A DNA stretch of 64,000 nucleotides from Podospora anserina (lineage: Eukaryota). The stretch spans positions 3,658,001 to 3,722,000 of the forward strand of contig CM030333.1 in assembly GCA_017654855.1 (NCBI GenBank), read 5' to 3'. Positions 58,497 to 64,000 of the stretch are shown one piece after another. Each line of letters begins with the position of its first letter. Positions within the stretch are counted from its first letter, which is position 1. The translations under genes and the position numbers were made by a program. The notes beneath the pieces are model-generated. The model saw only the letters and a list, made by a program, of their open reading frames with translations, did no database searches and was not told the DNA's origin.

Positions 58497-59421
58497 ATGG
58501 ACGAGCACCTCGCCCAAATCGTCTCCCTCGCCCAAGCCAAATTCAAGTCAACACCCCCCAACCGTCGGCTGTGTAAGTCCCCTTCCTCCTCCCCATCTCA
58601 CACACCCCCATCAAACTAACCGTCCCAAAAAGTAATCGGCATCTCCGGCCCTCCCGGCTCCGGTAAACCTCCCCATGCTCTCCAACACCCCCCCAAGCTC
58701 CTCACTAACATTTTTCCCTCGCCCCCCCCAGGCAAAACCACCCTCTCAACCCTCCTCACCACCTCCCTCAACTCCCTCCTCCCCCAAACAACAACCTTCC
58801 TCCCCCTAGACGGCTACCACCACCCCCGCTCCACCCTCGACACCTTCCCCGACCCAGCCCGCGCCCATAAATACCGCGGCTCAGAACCAACCTTCAACGG
58901 CCCCGCCTTCCTCTCCCTCGTCCAATCCCTCGCCGAACCCATCACCCCCTCCACATCCCCCATCTACGCCCCCAGCTTCGACCACGCCCTCAAAGACCCG
59001 GTCGAGAACGCCATCGAAATCCTACCGACGCACAGGATAGTGGTTATCGAGGGGAATTGTAGGCCCCCCGTCCATTTTCCCTCACACCCGCCCCCCTTTC
59101 CTTGCTTAAAATGCTGATGATCAAATGGATAAAAAAGATATCATGCTCAACAAACCACCCTGGTCATCCATCCCGCCGTTACTGGACATCAAGATCTTCA
59201 TCTCCGCGCCCGAGCCGATTTTGCGGCAAAGGCTGGCAAGGAGACATTTGGCTGCTGGGTTAGTCGACAGTGTGGAAAAGGGGGAGGAGAGGGCCGATTT
59301 TAACGATGTACCCAACGGTAGGCAGATCATTGAGAATCTGGTTCTCTATCAGGGGGACGTAATTCAGATCGGGAGCGCGGATGATGTGACGTGGGGACCT
59401 GTCTCCTCGTCGTCAATGTAG
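58497..59421 (+). CDS. P-loop kinase of the phosphoribulokinase/uridine/pantothenate kinase family, Yfh7/YggC-like (introns 58573-58632, 58663-58731, 59059-59137; 238 aa)
   Basis: Spliced LIGISGPPGSGKTT, LPLDGYH, YRGSEPTFNG, APSFDHALKDPV, VVIEGNY, RLARRH, NDVPNG; mostly absent from the supplied ORF track. Confidence 0.88.
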
Positions 59422-59856
59422 ATATCAAACTTGAAATGAAGGACATTGTGACCACACAGTCACTCAGTCTTGCTGAATTCTAACATTCACAGTCAGTCAC
59501 TTCAATTCTTCACTTCAGAGTCAGAATGGGCATCGCTATAATTCAGAACGAACAATCATCTTCATCTGTCTCAATCGAGTGCCTCTGCAGACCCTAAAGC
59601 AAGAACACTTACGCAGCCCATGCTGCCAAGTAGTGGTTGATATCCGAACCCAAGATCCCATTGCGGATAAGCAAACTCCTCCAGACTCCAGACGCCTTCT
59701 CGAAACAACTAGCAAATCCCTTCACAACGCTTTCCGCCGCGCTCTTAGTCTTACGAATATACTCCCATGAAAATCTTCTGTGCTACTCCAAATAGCACCG
59801 ATATTAATCATATGTCAGCTCCATCTCCTCTATCCCAAGGTGGGAACCGTGCCAAT

Positions 59857-62733
59857 TCACTTGGGAAGGTGAAAATTAAAGCGGCCTGCGGTCGGCGGCG
59901 CGGCTCTGCTGGCATGACGGGACGCTCCAAGGCCGCGCAATGTCGACGCACTGGATGATCTACGCGTGTTTGCGGGCGGTGGTGTAGCCGCTGCAGGCAC
60001 GAATGCGCGAGCAGTCGGTGTGAACGTCCGCGCGGCCGCGTTCAACGGCGGAGTTGGCTCTTCGATGGGGATCAGTTGTGATCCCTGCTCGAACGCGTCT
60101 TTACGCACGGTAGAGCACGAGGTCGCTCGTGACCCTGCCGGTGACTCAAGAGTGAGCCGTGACATTCGGCGGTCAAGATCGCCCACCTGGGTGTCACTGC
60201 CCAAATCGCGGGCAGACGGCTGCAAAGTCGCAAGCGCTCCGGCACGGTCCCCAACAGCACGCGAACCCGGAAAGAAAAAGTCCTCCAGGTTCTCAGCCTC
60301 GTCAATCCTGGTCTCAGGGTCAAGCTGAGCGAGGTCGTGGAAATAGCTACCCTCCTTCCAGCGCTTTTCGTACGGGAATCCCGTGAAAGCATTACTGTTT
60401 TGAATGGGGGCATCCATGGTTGAGGACCACCGTGAGGCACCAAGTCCAGCATCGGGTTTTCGATATTCAGCCATGGGCATCACAGGGGCCTGGACTGGCT
60501 TCAAGGCGGCAGCTGATGCCTGCGGTGAAATGTTCTCCACGGCCACGGACGACTCCGTTTTGGCGATAGTCATAGGCTGCTTTTGAGTTGTGGCAGCGGA
60601 TGACTCTGCTTTCCCCAACACCCAGTCCATACCAATGGTGGACTTCCGGATGTACTCCTTCGTGTCAACACCCTCAACAGGAGGAGTGGGGGTCCCATCT
60701 TTGCCGTGTGGATACGGGACATCTGCCAACCAGGCCGGGGGTTGGACCTGGGAGTCCTTCATGGCCATCATCTCTTCATTCGTATACTGAAGACGACGGG
60801 GCTTGACAAACGCCACTGCAGAGGAGTTGAGATAGTCCTCTATCTGTGCGACTACCTCTCGTCGCTCGGACTTGGTGTGGTCCTGGCAGACCACATCGAT
60901 GAATGCTTCGCGGATACCTTCAACAGTTGCGGTAATCTCCCGCTTGGTCTTCCCGCCAGCCTTCTTCCTGAGAAAAGCCGTGAGCATGTTTCGGAGCATG
61001 GCAACTGCATCAGGGACTGATAGCCTGACTGGTTCACGTGTCAAAGCATCATTCTCTACCGGCGTGCTGGTTCTGCTGATGTGGTGGCCGAGTGAAGCCA
61101 CAGCAGGCGCCACCTCCAAGGCATCTTCGTTGCCGTATGGCTCCAAGGTCGAGAGCAGTGCCGATGCCTCCGAACTTCCACGTTTTAGGACCGGACTGGT
61201 GTCCTTCCCCTCGACATTGATAAGGACACCTTGTGTCGCTTTGAGCTCCGACTCGTCATCGTGTTGGCGCGTGCCGCTGGCTTCACCCGTGATGAACCGA
61301 GAAGCGTACTGCACCGCCCTGTTATTGGACATGCTAGCCTGTGGCTTGACCGGTGGTAAACGAATCACAGTAGTGTTTTCGTTCGCGGGAGCAGCGTTTG
61401 CTGGAGTAGCCGGCGGCTGAGGTGCAATCGATGGCTTGGGAGCAACCGATGGCTCTGGGGCAGGCTTCTGCCCGGAGGTTTCAAAAGCCCCCACGGCATA
61501 TTTGCCAGCTTTGAGGTCTCTCAAAACTTTGAGGAAACTCTCAAGCTCACCAGCGGTACTAAAAGTCAGGCCGAAATACAGAACGTTCTGTCCAAAATGA
61601 AGAGAGAGGGTCAGGTCGCTTGAGACAAAGTCCTGATATTCGGCAATGGTGAACTGAACGAATAGTTTGTTTTCGGCAAACATCATGCAGAAGCCCAGTG
61701 TGGGAGCTGGAGCCACTGTCAAGAAGACAATGGCAGGCAACGGCTGATTTCTTCCAGGTGGGTTGAGGAGAACCTTTGCCCGAGCGACCATGTGGGGAGG
61801 GTTGGCGACATGTTGGTTCCCACCATATTGGGATGGCGGGACTGGGACGTCTCTAGGAGCTTGCTGCACAATCCTGGAGGGGCCTGGGAGCGGGCTCAAA
61901 ACCGGTTGGCGAAGGGGAGCAGACTCTGACGGCTGCCGGAGGTGGACAGACGCTGATGGGAGCCGGGATGGACCGGCATTTCTGGAGCTGGACATCTTCT
62001 GTTTGCGGTTGCGGTTGCTTACGAACGGGGACCCGCTCTTGACCATTTGCTGAACGTGCGCAAACGAGTGATGTGGCTCCTGGGCCGGAGGCATCTGACT
62101 TCGGGTCGCATAGGGATGAAGGTTACTATACAGTATGGTTAGCACTAGGGCTTCTTCTTGACCCAACAGCTGGCAAAATGTGACCCACTTGCGGCTCTGG
62201 CTCTCCTGATATTTCAGCAAAACCGTCGCCTTTCTCTTGGCCTCTGCCTTCAGCTCGTGAAGGCGAGGACCTCCAAGATCAGCAAGCCCTTTGACCGCGG
62301 CAGCGTCATCATCCTCGAAGACGCCGGACGCAATGGCATCTGGCGAAATGTCAGCATCTACCATTCTATCAACTTTGGATGAGAGATCATACCCTGCCAA
62401 ACATTCGACATCTTCGCGCCCCTCGCTACGAGCGCATCATTCTGGATTTGGGGCCGACGAATATACTCTTGTCTGGGCTCGCGGTCGCCCCGGTCACCCC
62501 GACCATGTCGGCCATTCTTTCCGCCTCCCTTCTTTTTATTCATGGCCGCCAACTCGCCGTCATCGACGGGAAGTTCGTCCAGGCGGCCGATTCCCAAATC
62601 CGCCTGCAGATAACTAGTTAGCAGTATGTCGCATGACAATAGGAGCAGAGAACTTCACCATCATGGCCTGCTGGATAGCGGCCTCCTCCGCCAGCTCCTC
62701 TGAGGTCTTCTTGTTCTCTTTGTCGATCGACAT
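59857..62733 (-). CDS. Large uncharacterised, mostly low-complexity protein (exons 62733-62659, 62603-62393, 62339-62189, 62125-59857; 901 aa)
   Basis: Long ORF plus three canonical introns with CTRAC branch points; the exon sum is divisible by 3. Confidence 0.75.
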
Positions 62734-64000
62734 GATGACTAGATGCCCGTATGATCCTTGAAGGAGTCGTGATATTTGAGCGAACGAGTGACCTAAGCTG
62801 GGTCTGTAACGGGTGATGGAGTCGATCCAATCGAAAAGTCGTGCCCTGTCAAGTAGGACAAAACGTTGCTCACGACAACTGATCGATAATAGCGATCTGA
62901 AAGATGGTTACAAAGGCAATTGATATGACAAGATCCCGACGGATCGTTTGACTAGACGCTTTGGGTTGAACAGAGGCAGGAGGTTGGCGAAGAGTGGTAG
63001 AGATCGAAGAACGAGAGAATGTTGTGGAGAGGTAAGCAGGCAAAGTGGGGAGTGCAAGCTTCTTAGAGGCGGCCACTCGCGAGCTCGGTCAGGCTAGGCA
63101 ACGAGAGGGTTGGTATGAAGGAAGGTACGCGCGTGCGGTGGGAACAAGGCGAGCAGGGATGGCAGGAGCACTGCTCGTTGAGGGGGGAGGAAGGAAGAGA
63201 GCACGGAGAGTAGAGGTTGGTCGGGCACACCTCGAAGGCGGTTTACTTACCGAATGAGCTGCCCACCTCAGAGTGATGGAACAGAGACAACGAATGTATC
63301 AAACTCGTTTTCTGCGTGTAGCAGAGTCGTCGGTATTGGTTTCTTGGAGCAAAGCGGAAAAATACCGGGGAGCTGTCGAGTCGATCTGTTAGACGTCTGC
63401 AATTATTTTCGACTCTGTCATGTACATACCTTGATGATGGCGACGATGATGGAAACACCACTCGAGGTCGCGATAGATCGTCAATCATGCCTGAGTTCCC
63501 TTGGGTGGTGAGGGAGATTGTCGGCCGACGGGGACCTTTGGGTGGTCGTGTTGTCAAGACCACGGAGGCAAGGAAGCCAGGAAGATATCTCCAGCCTGTT
63601 GAGGTAACAAGATAAGTTGTCAAGGTACTCGAAGGGGATAAATCGAAAGATGAAGGGTAAGGTGAGCCAGTGGGAAAGCTAAGTAGTGGTGGCGGGAGGC
63701 TGTTGAGTTCGCAGTTAGATGTCTTTGTTGTGTTGTGTTTGGTTCAGGAAAAGAAAGCAACGACTGAGGGAGAAGGAAGAGACTTTATACCCTTTGTGGG
63801 ACCCACGATGCGGTCTGTGGGTGCTCTCAATATGAGCCGCACCATCATGCCGCCGCCGGGTTTTGATTGCGGCCGAGGCTAGGGCTTGGAGGTTGTCGTC
63901 GTCGAGATATCTCGGGGGTCGTCGGGGGTCATCGGTGGGGGTCGTCGGCGGGGGTCGACGCGGGGGTTAGACGGCGGGTGTGACAGAGGAGATTACGCAG

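Noticed and set aside
1-64000. Transposons, RIP-degraded repeats, CRISPR arrays, rRNA, NLR/HET genes, secondary-metabolite clusters
   Set aside because: I saw no transposase or RT ORFs, LTR/TIR pairs, long AT-rich blocks, repeat-spacer arrays or such domains by eye.

Overview
Gene-dense, intron-containing eukaryotic DNA from a filamentous ascomycete. GT..AG introns with CTRAC/CTAAC branch points and the protein sequences point to Sordariales, probably Podospora-like (inference). I could build 27 spliced protein-coding models, and the exon lengths of the complete multi-exon models sum to whole codons. They are: SEC16 (3' part), HUS1, a RING protein, ES2/DGCR14, COQ8/ABC1, RRP36, KIN17/RTS2, aspartokinase HOM3, an MDL-type ABC transporter, homoserine kinase THR1, an A1 aspartic protease, ABZ2-like lyase, TOM70, SSO syntaxin, IMP4, UPF1, an AhpC/TSA-like protein, an orphan membrane protein, UBC9, asparagine synthetase, VDAC, a J-domain protein, MAP2, UPS2/PRELI, a small hypothetical, a P-loop kinase and a large orphan. 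I recognised no tRNA, rRNA, transposon or CRISPR. The best leads are post-transcriptional. (1) A 2-nt microexon in asparagine synthetase. (2) A 130-codon open frame behind the UPS2 UAG stop, in an A-to-I editing-like context. (3) A long, structured first intron of HOM3 with a G-quadruplex motif and a second donor site. (4) A uORF, a candidate 5'UTR intron and a candidate 3'UTR intron around UPF1, suggesting NMD autoregulation. (5) An orphan protein combining eIF4E-binding-like, PAM2-like and GLGASRW motifs. (6) An orphan membrane protein with a 13-aa acidic repeat. HOM3 and THR1 of the threonine pathway also lie close together. All regulatory interpretations are hypotheses from reading the sequence by eye.
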